Assembly (NCBI GenBank): GCA_044892525.1 | Contig: CM097887.1 | Span: 47,616,001-47,680,000, forward strand | Direction: 5' to 3' | Source of the DNA: Schmidtea polychroa | Lineage: Eukaryota | Length of the DNA stretch: 64,000 bases | In this document: one piece after another, positions 47,641-59,800 of the stretch | Layout of the letters: every line of letters starts with the position of its first letter | Numbering within the stretch: position 1 is the first letter of the stretch | Made by a program: the position numbers and the translations under genes | The notes under the pieces: generated by a model | Seen by the model: only the letters and a program-made list of their open reading frames with translations | What the model was told of the DNA's origin: nothing | Databases searched by the model: none

Positions 47641-47800
47641 TCTTAATTTATATACACTTTTCAACTCTTATTTAACTTTAATTTTATTTTATGATTCCCG
47701 TTATTGTATAATATTGATACCGCGCTTATATAAAGATATAGTACTGTTGTATACATAAGATATACTTACTTTTTACAATTATATACAGTCATATTCCTTT

Positions 47801-50800
47801 CTATATACGTGAGTTTGGAGGGCGCTGAGCGTTCCAGGCCTCCACCCACTGTTCTTGTTTGATATCACTTGGTCGTTTCACTCGATGTTGGAAATTTCTG
47901 ATTCGGGTCATCTCTAGTTCTCCGCGATGTCGTTTATCTTTAATTATTTTTATTGTTCCCCCTGTTATGATTAGGAAGGCCCCTGTTATTATTATCCCAC
48001 TGATCCACATCATCTGCTTCACGCTTATATTCTCTGGTTTCTCCTTGTTCGTTAATGTTGATATCGCTTCTGTACCTTGCTCGTTTCCTCTTTTGCCATT
48101 TCCTTTCATCATTTCCCGTATTCTTGCTATTTCCTCGTTCATACCCTCCTTTGCCATCTTTTGTATTTTTTCCATCTCTTCCTCCGAAACATAGTTGTCC
48201 TGAGCTTCCTCACCGGTTTTCTTGTGCTTTCCTCCTTCGTTCTTTTCGTCGTGGTTTTTTCTTTTCTTTCCTCTTTTCCCCGGGTATCGTCGGCATTCTC
48301 TTTTTGATTCGTTCCTCCAGATACAAACCGTGTATTCTTTCGGCGGCTGCTGCTGCGTCACATATTGATGGCATCTCTCACCTGGTCCTAATCTTGAAAT
48401 ACAGACTTTGTGCTCTTTTCTAGGTTGGAGCTGCGTTCTTACTACTTCACCACCTTTTCCTAGGTGTACCTCTTTTCCTTTGACGTTCGTTATTCTCTTC
48501 CCGTCTCGATTTCGGTATGCTTCTTGTATTCTTACTTCTGTTATTGGTTCTGTGTCCTCATTTATCAGTACTAGTTTCTGGTACGCTCTAGACATGCATC
48601 TTCCTAGTATGCACCTTTCCTTTAAGTCCCATTCTTCCTTTAAATCCCACTGCTGCTCTTGTGCTTGCTTTTTCTTTACTTGCTTTAGTTCATCCTCTTT
48701 GCTATCTTGATTCTCCGCTTCTTTGGTTTCTTTTATCGTTCTCGTCCCTCCCTGAGCTGTTACTAACTCTATCATGGTAAGCATAATTATCATTAATATC
48801 ATGTTTGTCTCTATTTCTTTGTTAGTGAAAGGTAGGCATACCCTCTGTTTTCCATTATTCGATTTTTCCTCCTCTTTGGTCTTGGTTCCCGGCCTGTTTC
48901 CCTCTCTTTTCGTATCCAAATCCTTGCTTTCCGGTTTATCCTCTTCCGGTTCTCTTTTCCCTTTATCCTCTTTCCGGCCTTTTCCATCATTGTCATCGTG
49001 TTTATCTCCCCCGCTGTCATTTAAAATGTCGTCCTCGACATTTATATCGTTCAATAATCTGCGATATGCTGTTAGCACTCTGTTTCTTGCTAATTTTGCT
49101 TCGAATTCAAACTCTTTTCTACCCGTTGCAGCATGTCTCTTTCTATTCCATTCTTTAACAAACTCTCTCAATTGCATACGACGATGTTTCCCAATTCGTT
49201 GTTGCTCGTTCTGATTTTGCGTGAATTTTAGGTCTTCTCTATTTAATACTATTAAAATAATTTTAGGCGTCCCCCCCTTAGTTAGGGTATTCTTTACCAT
49301 CGCATTTTCTCCGTTTTCGTAGAATTCGTTTACATTTATCGCATATTTATTATTTTGTGGTACTCTCCAGGTTAATAATAATTTCATTGCTTCTAGATTT
49401 TTCCGTACCGTATTCCATTGAAACTGAGATGTGTTTTTGCACATATTTTCAACTTCTTCTTTTGTCGCATTTTTGCAAATAAATCTGATCATTTCTAAGT
49501 TTGGCTGTATGGTTGCCCAGTCCAAGGTGGAATTTCCTTCATTGGACCTTTCGTCTAGTTTCGATCCTGATTGATGTAGGATGTGGAGTGTTTTTGGGTG
49601 TATTTTCGTTATAGCTGCATACATCATGGCGGTTTCACCTTGTTCATTTTTCGTGTTGGTTTCCTCGCCCATCTCCCCAAGGATTCTCATGATCGTTATT
49701 GCTCTATTCTCTTTTGCAGCTAGTATTGCTTGTTGTAGAGGTGTTCGGGAATCCTTTGTTACCATTGTAAATGCTCGAGGCAAGAAGGTTTTGATTTTCC
49801 CGATATCTAAACCCGTGGTTTGATCTCTTGCGTATGTGTGTACGGCTTTTATTATTTTGGACAATATTATTTCGTCTGGCAGCTCTAGCATTTCCTCAAA
49901 GAACACTTCTTTTGCTTTGCGTATTATTGCCTCTTGATCTATACTCATTGATTTTGTTTCAATGACGTGGTTTGTGACCGTTTGGTTCGTTGTTGACTTT
50001 GATTCCCTCGGTTTCTCATACCTTATTTTCGTTTTCTTTCCGTTTGGATTATTGATTCGTTCCTCTGCTGTAAGTATTTGGATAATATCCAGGTAATTCT
50101 CGCGGATGTTATTCATTGTGTCCATCATATATAACACGCTTACCGTTTCCCAATATTTATTTCGTACTTGGTTAGTAAATTGGAATATTGATTTTTCGAA
50201 TGTGTCAATTCGCTCTTTTAATAACTGCTCATCTTTATGATTTGTGAATTTTATCCCTCGTTCTACTAATTGGTTTGGGATTTCGAATAAATGATGTCCT
50301 TTCATGGCTTCTCTCATAAGCGTGTTCTCTCCTCTCGTGAATGCTTCGTTTACGTTGATCATATAATTATTTTTAATTGGGTTTCTCCAAGTGATTAATA
50401 CTCCTGTAATTGTTGTCAGTTTTTCTTTGATCGCTGTTAATAATCCATCATACATGTTTCCGACTTCTCGATTGTCCTCATATGATAGTAGTTCCATCAA
50501 TGACGTGAACGCCTCGGTACTTTTCCCTTCGATAGCATGATGTAGTGCGTTTTTCCGCTCGTGGTCTTGTGTAGTTATTTTCGATCCAGTATCGAGTAAT
50601 GCGGTTATAACGTCTTTTGTTTTGCCTCTGTTTGCGGCTATCATTAATGGTGTGTAACCTTGGTTGTTTGTTTGTTCTGTTGATCGCTTGCAGTCGTGAA
50701 ATGCGTCTATTGTTTCTAGTATTTGCTCGTTGTTACCTACTTTCATGAGTTTGTGTAATGGTGTGTCTCCGTAACGATCTGTTATTGTAAATAATATTGG

Positions 50801-53800
50801 CCATTGGCTTTTGACTACTCGCAATAATGGGTGTGTCCTTTCTCTATTTGCATAGTTCTCGATCATCGTCAATAATCCTCCTAATATTTCGAAATCTAAT
50901 CGATCTTTTGCCCATCCAGGTATTTTAATTTTTACCTCTTTTACAATCTTTTCCGCTTCTGATGGTTGGATACCTAATCGTCCAGTGATCGGTTCTGCGA
51001 GTTGTTGCATCATGTTCATTCTATAGGTTTGCGAACGTGTGGTTAATGTACGGCCTTCTGGTTGACTAGTGGCTGTTTTTGGAATTGATTTGCATCGTGC
51101 CACGTTTACGTATATTGGCCTGGTAAAGGGGTTATTTACCAATTTCACTCTTACATTAGTTTCGCCTACGAATAAGATCTCATATGGTCCTTTTCCGTTG
51201 CGTTGTAACTTTTTTGTGGTTCCTGGAATTAATTCCGGGGTTTCTATCATTACCCAATCACCTGTTTGAAACGTATGTTGCTTCACGTTTTTCTTTCGAT
51301 CGTGTAAATCTTTATAACTTTCCTGGTAGAACTTGATATTTAATCCCGCAGTTTCCCAAATTTCTTGCATTCTTTCCTTGAATTTCGTAACATAATCATC
51401 GATCTCCATATACTGCGATATCGGTGGTTGGTATTCCAGGTCCATTGGCATATTACATTCTCTTCCGTACATTAATTTGAATGGGCTCATTTTCGTTGAT
51501 GCGTGAATCGACATTCTGTACGCCATAAGACATAGGTTTATATATTCGTCCCAATCTCGTTGGTGACGGTCAACGTAGTTTGATAACATTTGTATAAGTG
51601 TTCCATTAAATCTTTCCGTCATCCCATTGGTTTGAGGGTGGTATGGAGATGTTCTTAGTTTTGCTATTTTGAAGTAATTTGTTACTTCGCTCATTATCTC
51701 ACTCATAAAATTAGTTCCCTGATCGGTTAAGATTTGTTTTGGTGTTCCATATCGGCAACATATCTCTTCTACCAAAATTTTTGCGATTGTTTTAGCTTTT
51801 TGGTCTGGCATCGCGAATGCTTCTGGGAATTTCGTAAGAAAGTCTGTGATCACTAGAATGTAAACGTTTCCTCTATCTGACTCTGGTAGTGGACCAACTA
51901 CGTCCATGGATATCATTGTCATTGGTTCTATTGGTACTGGCATTGGCGTTAAAGGTGCTTTCCATTTCGATCCAGTATTCTTCCTGGTTGCACAAGTTAG
52001 ACAATTTTTTACCCATTCGGTTACATCTTCAGTTAACGTAGGCCAAAAATATTTCTGTTTCATTCTTGCTAACGTCTTTTTCGATGACATATGTCCTCCC
52101 AATCTCCCATCGTGATATTGCGTTAGTAACTCTTTTCGTCGGTTTTCAGGTATACACATTAATCGTTTTTCCCCATCCATTATCAGCAACCAATCTTTCT
52201 CTATAATATATCGGTGTCGGTGTTTATCCATATGTTCTTTTAATTTTTGGTCTTTCGCATATACATCTGTCTTTCCGGTTTTTACATAATCGATAATTTG
52301 TTTTAATTCCGCGTCCTCTTGTTGGTCCTTTCGCAATTGACAGAAATCCAAATCTTCCGCTACTATTAAGCATATGCGTTGCATTTCTGAATCCACCAAA
52401 TCTGGGAAAATAAATCTTGACATACAATCGGCGTTGGCATTTGCTCTTCCCGCTTTAAATTTTATAAATGGGGAGTATTCTTGCAATTGCATGGCCCATC
52501 TCATCAGTCTACTGGACGCTTCTTTATGTTGCCCTAACCACACTAATGGTTGATGATCTGTGGTTATACATATCTCATGTCCCCATAGTAAGTATCGGAA
52601 GTGTTTGATAGCTTGTATTATAGCCAATGCTTCCCGTTCTGTTACCGAATAGTTCTTTTCGTGCTTTTTGAATGTTCGACTGTAATACCCGATTACTCTC
52701 TCTTTTCCTTCATCATCTAATTGTCCCAGAATCGCGCCTGCCGCGTACCCGCTTGCATCCGTTGCCAATAGAAATGGCTTCTTAAAATCTGGGTGTACGA
52801 GGATAGGTGCTTCGATTAGTTTATCTCTCAGCGTTTCGAACGCCTGTTGTTGTTCCTTCCCCCAAATGAACGAAATGTCCTTCTTTACTAATTCCTGGAT
52901 TGGTTTTGCAATTCCTGCATAATTTTTGATAAATTTGCGATAGTATCCGCATAATCCTAGAAATTCCTGAACTTGGGTGACAGTTTTCGGTGCTGGACAT
53001 GTTTTTATTTTCTCAATGTTTCTTGGGTCTGGCTCCTTTCCTTTAGCTGACACTATGTGTCCTAAAAACGTGACTTTTTCCTTTGCCCAATCGCATTTCG
53101 AAGGTTTGAGCTTGAGTTTCCATTGTCTTAATCTAATAAATACATTTCGGATATCCTCCAGATGTTGTTCGAATGTCGCTGAATAGATTAGCAAATCATC
53201 AATATATACCATACATTGTTTGATTCCATGCGTGACGAAGTTCATACACCTTTGAAATGATGCTGGTGCGTTGGTCAGTCCGAATGGCATTTTTCTGAAC
53301 TGATATAGATCTCGTTCCAGCGTGAAAGCTGTTTTCTCTTTGTCCTCATCTTTGACTTTAATCTGCCAGTATCCACTTTTTAGATCTAAAGAAGTAAAAT
53401 ATGCTGCCCCTTGCAACATCAATAACATTTCATTGATGTCCGGCAATGGATAGGTATCTCTCTTGGTTACTGCGTTTAACTTCCGATAATCGATACAGAA
53501 TCGTTGGGTGCCATCTTTCTTTTTTACCATGACCACTGGGAATTGCCAGGGTGAGCAACTCGGTTCGATTACTTTTGCGTCTAGCATCTTTTGTACTTCT
53601 GCTTCGGCTATTTCTTTTTGCATTTCTGCTAGCTTGTATGGTCTTAATGCAATTGGAGTTTCATCTATGAGGGGTATTGCATGTAGGGTAACATCGCATG
53701 TACCCAAGTCTAAATCTGAGATGGCGAATATATCTTTATATTCTACCAACAATCGGTGCAATTTTTTCTTTTCATCATTCGTCAACAACATACTATCTAT

Positions 53801-56800
53801 TGTCCATAATTCATCATCTTTGATCATCTCGTTGGTCACTTTCGGTAATTCTATGTCCATCATTGGGGTCAATCTTCCCAATTTTTCGTTCTCATAAATG
53901 ATTTTGTCTTCCTCTTCGAAATTCGTGATGTTGAGTGGTATCACTCCTTCTTGGTTTATTGTGATTATTTCTCTTGCGAGTGGTAATTCTCGTCGCTTTT
54001 CAAATGACTTGCTTGGTTCAAAGATAACTTCTCCTTCCATACCCGTATCCACTTTTATCTGACAAATCATCTGCGATTTTGCTGGTACTATTATTTTTTC
54101 TGGACATCTGATGACTACATTCATTTTGCATATTCTACCGGTTTTGTCTTTTAAACACATGGTTGTTAAGTCAATTACGACTTCTTTTAACAATTCTGGC
54201 ATCAAATCCGTTCCGATTATGCATGGTACGCTAAGTTTTGGTATTACTGCCAAATACGTTTCAATTTCGTTGTCCTGGTATCTCAATGTAGTCCACCATC
54301 TTCCGACCACGTCCACTGTTTCTTTACTACATGCTATGATGTGAATTGTTGTTGATTCGATATCCTTCCAGTGTTTACTGGGGATTTGATTAATCGCTAT
54401 CGCTGATACATTAGCTCCGGTGTCTATCATAGCATTGGTTTCTTTACCATTGATTTGAATCATAACTGTTACTGCTGGACCTCCAGGTAAACTCATCGCT
54501 GCTATTGTTCTTACGTCATCTGCTTGATCTACACTTTTGGTACGTCGTGTTGGCATATAATGCATACCGGGTTGACTTGGTAATTGCGGATACATATTTT
54601 GTGTCATGGTCAAAGCTGCTTGTGGTCCCGCGATATCCGGTGGTATGTAGCTTCCATTGGCGATCCAGGTATTTGTCTTTTCCTTCTCCCAATATGGTGC
54701 CGTTTCCATTGGTTTTTCGTTTGGGTTTCTGTTTGGATATAGACATTTATCGTTCCCGTTATCATCGTCGTCACTATCGCTGTTAGATGATTGGCTTCTA
54801 AATCGGTCCAAGAATTTTGGCTTATTCTTTTTCAATTGTCGTCTTGTTGCTTCATCGTACATTACTTTCCGGAATCGTCTGCCTACTTCCTCGTCGGTTC
54901 CTTTAATCTTTGTTAATATTTTAATCAATCGCTTTATCCGATGAATGTCTTTTGAGTGACCATGTAATACCATGGTTTTAGCTAAAAATGGTAGAAAGCC
55001 TACTATCATTTTCCAATTTACTTTCTTTTCTCGCTTGTATATATCAAAACACGCTAACATTTGTGTTAGTATTACTCTGACTATCTGAATTATGAGTATG
55101 ATCCCTAATATCCCGGCCATCATTTGTCCAAAAACCAAGAATCTTCCCCACATTGCTTTCATCATGTTTGATGTGGCTTGTTGAAAATGGTCTGGCGATA
55201 GTAGCAGCTCGTAATTCGGGCCTGATTGATAATTTGTTCCCCCCGTTATTGTAACCATATTTGACAAAATGGATTCTCGTCTGGCTGGAAAGAGTACGTT
55301 AAGTCGTGCTGTTTCTAGATCTTCTGGGGAATACATACCGCCGTTTGACACGTCTATAGGTTTGAAATCCAGCTCTGTGGCGAGTTCTATTAATCCAAAT
55401 TTCTTGGGCTCCTCGGATATGGTTTTTCCCGGTAACATCATCCATTTCCCATCGGGCCTTTCATATAAAGGTCCGTATGCATTAGAACAGTTAAAGAGAT
55501 TTGGGTAGAAACCCACTGGATTCATAATTCTAGTGACTGGTTGGACGAATCGATTTTGTCCTTTATAACGGATTTCTAATTCATTTGCACATCTCTTTTC
55601 GGGTAGTATGGATTTTTCTGGCATTCGTGCATACGTCTTGGTACACTGGTATGTGTACATCACTTCTCCTACCATTCTACCAAAATGTCCGTCTGGTAAT
55701 GGGAGTGATGGCATCGCGTTATCTGGGTGTGTTATCGCAATAGCTAGCTTTGTTTTCAATATTTCTTTATTCAATGAACAATCGTTTTGTATCAGATCGT
55801 AATATACTTTTTGCAAGGTCGTTTGTCCGCGATGAAATAGAAAATCCATTTTATTATTTGCATATAAGTATAGTTTTACGTCCTCCGTTGCTATCTTTCC
55901 CACTGCTCTATCGATTATTTGTCTCGACATATAGATGCCTGCGTAATTGGTTTTATATACTATACTGTCACATTTGGTGGTTTCTTTTTCTTTGATAAAT
56001 CTCATACCTAGATCGGGATCGTCTGTGATTAATGCTGTTGGTGTCTTCTGCGTTGAAAGTCTCTTTTCTCTGGGAGATGGTGGCATTGGTTTTCCATTTC
56101 GCATTCTCACTCTGTCGTTTCCATCCTCGTCGTTCTCGTTCTCATATATTTCTCCTTTTACTTCATTGAACAAAGCACTTTTTAACAGTTGGAGTCGGCA
56201 TTTTTGGGTATTAGCTTCATAGATTATAGTTGATACTCCTGTCCTACATACGTTTTCTGTAGCTCTACACGCTGGGTTGGTCTTCATTTGGTAATTATTT
56301 GCGTCAAATTGCGCTTCGTATTCCTTTAGTTCAACCGTATAGGACTCAATCACTACTACCCCCGATATTACTTCGCCTCGGATCGTATACGTACCTCCGT
56401 TACATGACCCATCTGATGATTTTACTTTTCCGGATACGTAAACGCTTTCGGTTTTAATCATTCCAGTTTGTCCGTGAATCGTCACTCCGTTATGCATTTT
56501 TAGCGCTCCGGTTCTAAATAGCTCTTTACAGTCCTCTCGTTGTATTGATACGATTTCTTTATCCAGACCAGGTAGTATAAGAGTCGAATACGAATATTGT
56601 CCACAGTAATATGCGAGTACCTTTTTTGATACCACGCATTCCCTTGCTTGCGTTCTGATGAAATCTGATTCTTGATATACATGGTAAGTAACTTTTGTTC
56701 TTACTATGTCTAATTTGTTGGGTGATGCTTGTCTGCATTCTTCTATGTCTCTCAACGAGTATTTATCTCTCATTATCATATTATCACAATCGTAGATGGT

Positions 56801-59800
56801 AAAACCTGTTGCTCCACTTGTGCACAACATCCATATCATCATAGTCATCATTAACGAATTTATCGATGCTTTTCGGCTTGCTGGGTCTTTCATGGGTAGT
56901 TCCCATTCTAGTTCATTCAACAACTTCTTCAATCTAACTTGCATCGACCTTTCTTGCTCATTTTTTCGTGGCGCTTGTATAAGTCTTTTCCATCCTCCGG
57001 CACGAATAATATGTGGTTCAATAGTATTCTCTATGATTGAAACGGTCATTTCCACATGATTTGCAAATTGTTTATTTGGTATTTTCCTCGCAGCTAGTCC
57101 CATCAAATTATACATCAAATACGTGATTACCACTAGATGATGTTCGTCATCATTTGCATTTGTCGTGAGCAGTTCAATCACTCTCTTCGTTTCATCCCAA
57201 TCCGTTTTGGTGGTTTTCGTTTTCTCTTTGATTAACTTTGGGATTATCCCCGAAACGATGTGCCATAATTGTCTAGCTTCCGTACTGGCTACTTTCCGTT
57301 GCCACAAACGTCTAAGTTGTGGGTTTGTTATTATTAACATATCTTTGATCAATTCTCGTATCCATTTTTCTCCTCTTTCGATCGTTGGTTGGGCTTCCTT
57401 TAGATCCCATACTATTTTATCCAATTTTTCTAATCGAACTTGCCCTTGTTCTTGCTTTAATTGTTCTTTGGTTTTAAACTCAGACTTTTCTCCTTGTTTC
57501 TTAGGTCTTCCTTTTGCCCGTTTTTCCATCATCGTTCCGGCTTCTCTGGTATTTTCGTAATTCGGATTTCTTTCGTTATCCGTTCTGGGTAATGAGCTAT
57601 CGTTATTTCTTAGCCACTCATTCCATTCATCTATTATTTTATCGGTTTGACCTTCTGGTGTTACTTTCGTTGGTTCTCTTTGCTTCTGGAATTGTTCATC
57701 CGTTTCGGTTTCCGTAGTATTGTCGATGATTTCTTTGATGTTTAGTTTCGTTGGTTGTTGATAACTCGTTGATGGCTGGTTATTAGTCCACATTTCGGCT
57801 CCTGTCGGCCATCTTACTAATAGCGGTGATCTTTCTCCTGGTTCATCGTCACTATCTTCCAGGATTATCTCTTCAACTTCTTCAGTTTCATTAGATTTAC
57901 TTGGTGCTTTGTTCGGACTTGGAGTACTCAAACTGCCTTTTGTTAGTTTAGTAATTTTACTTTTCCTTTTTAACGGCTTTCCCAACGTTTCTGCCATTGT
58001 TAACACATTTGTCTCTTCCAATCTCATGGGTGTTATTCCGACGTCTGCATTATCGTCTAGTGATTTTCCGAATAGTTGCAGATGGAATGGAGTTTCATAT
58101 GCTAATTTCTTTTTTAATTCTCTAATCTTTGTTGTTGGATGCACCTCTAGTTCCTCGATGCTCTTGTCCGGATACTTGATTCGGATGTGATACCTCTCCT
58201 GAGTGTCTTGTGCCCATTCCTGATTTCTCCATTTTCGAATAATTTGTTCTAGCTGTTCTGGATACCATTCATTATATTGCCGGTATTCCTCTATTGCCTT
58301 TGCCATTCCTCTCAGATTGTGGATGTTCTCTGATGTCTTTAAGATGATGTTAGCCAACGCTACTACTTGGCGTTTTTGATTTTTCGCTCCCATTGCTAAG
58401 ATATCGCCTAATTGTTTATATCTTTCTGTCTCTTCTCGTTCTCTTGCTTCCGTCGCTTCCTCGCCGTCCATATCAGCATATTCACGTTCCTTTTTCCTCA
58501 TTGCATGAATATGTCTCGCTTCATTTTCGCTTTCTGATGTGACATCCGTCTCGCTTTCGTCATCTGATGTCTGTCCCCTTGCTTCCTCTTCATATTCTGG
58601 GGGTTCCTCTTCTTCTTCCTCCGATTCACTTTCTGTCTCACCAATGTCTGTTTCTACGAAGATTCCTTTCCGGATTTCCCATTCCTTATTTTCTGCATTC
58701 CACACTCTTTCCCATGGGGTTCGTCTGCAGGATCTGGTGCTTAATTTCGTGATTTTTCCTTGTAGTTCTTTTTCTTTTAACCATTGTTGGTGGATTTCAA
58801 TTATTTCTGTAGATTTTTGATATAACGTTTTCATCCGGTCTCGTATTTCTTTTTGATAGATTACATCTCTTGTTCGAAATACATCCATTGGTACTATCCT
58901 GATGATCTGATGATTGTCCCACATACCCAATTCGCTTAACGAGGTGTCGTCTTCTGCTCGTAATATTATTTTATCGTACATCAGGACTACATCATCCACC
59001 ATACCATCACTACTTTCGCTACGTACCTTTTCCGTTATCTCTTGGTTTATCTTTGATACCAAGTCATCCACTGTACTCCGATTGCTCATTTTTATTCGTC
59101 GTTTTTCTTCGTTCGGTAACCATATGGTTATTTCCAACCTCTGTGGCTGGGTTTCTTTTAACCTTCCATATTTGTGGATCAAATTTATGGTTCTCCAATC
59201 ACTCATCCGGAGCATTTCTGTATCTCGCAATCGGCTCATTAGTTCGTACATGGCTGGGGCTCGTCTAGTGATGAGTAATTCCCAGTTGTCTTCTACTTGT
59301 TCTTGAATTTGTTTGATCAGTTTATCCAGGTTTCGTCTCAGAGTACATTGTTTTATTTGTTCTAATTTCAATTTGATATTAAAATCATATTCTGCCTTGG
59401 CATCTTTGGCCCAATCGTAAAGGTTGGCTGGTTGTTTTTCTTTATGCAACTTCAGTATTTGCGTTTCTCCTGGCCATATTAGTGCATCTACTAAGTGCAT
59501 ATCTGGTTTGATCTGTTCTCCTTGGTATTGATACAGATATTCTTTCTTTCTCGAACTTCCCAAATGTTCTCGTATCCAATCGAAAAGTTCGTCAGTGACT
59601 GTATTTTTTATCCACATTCTTTCAAGTCCTCTACTCGTTCCGATTTTTATTACATACCGCGTGGTATCTGCCTGCTTCATTTTTTCCATATACTTTTTTA
59701 TAATTGATTTTTCCTCGTTTGGTATTAAATCTTTCTCGTTTCTTTCCAGTTTCATCACTTTTTGCACGAATCGCCTGAATGATATTACGTCGATGAACTC

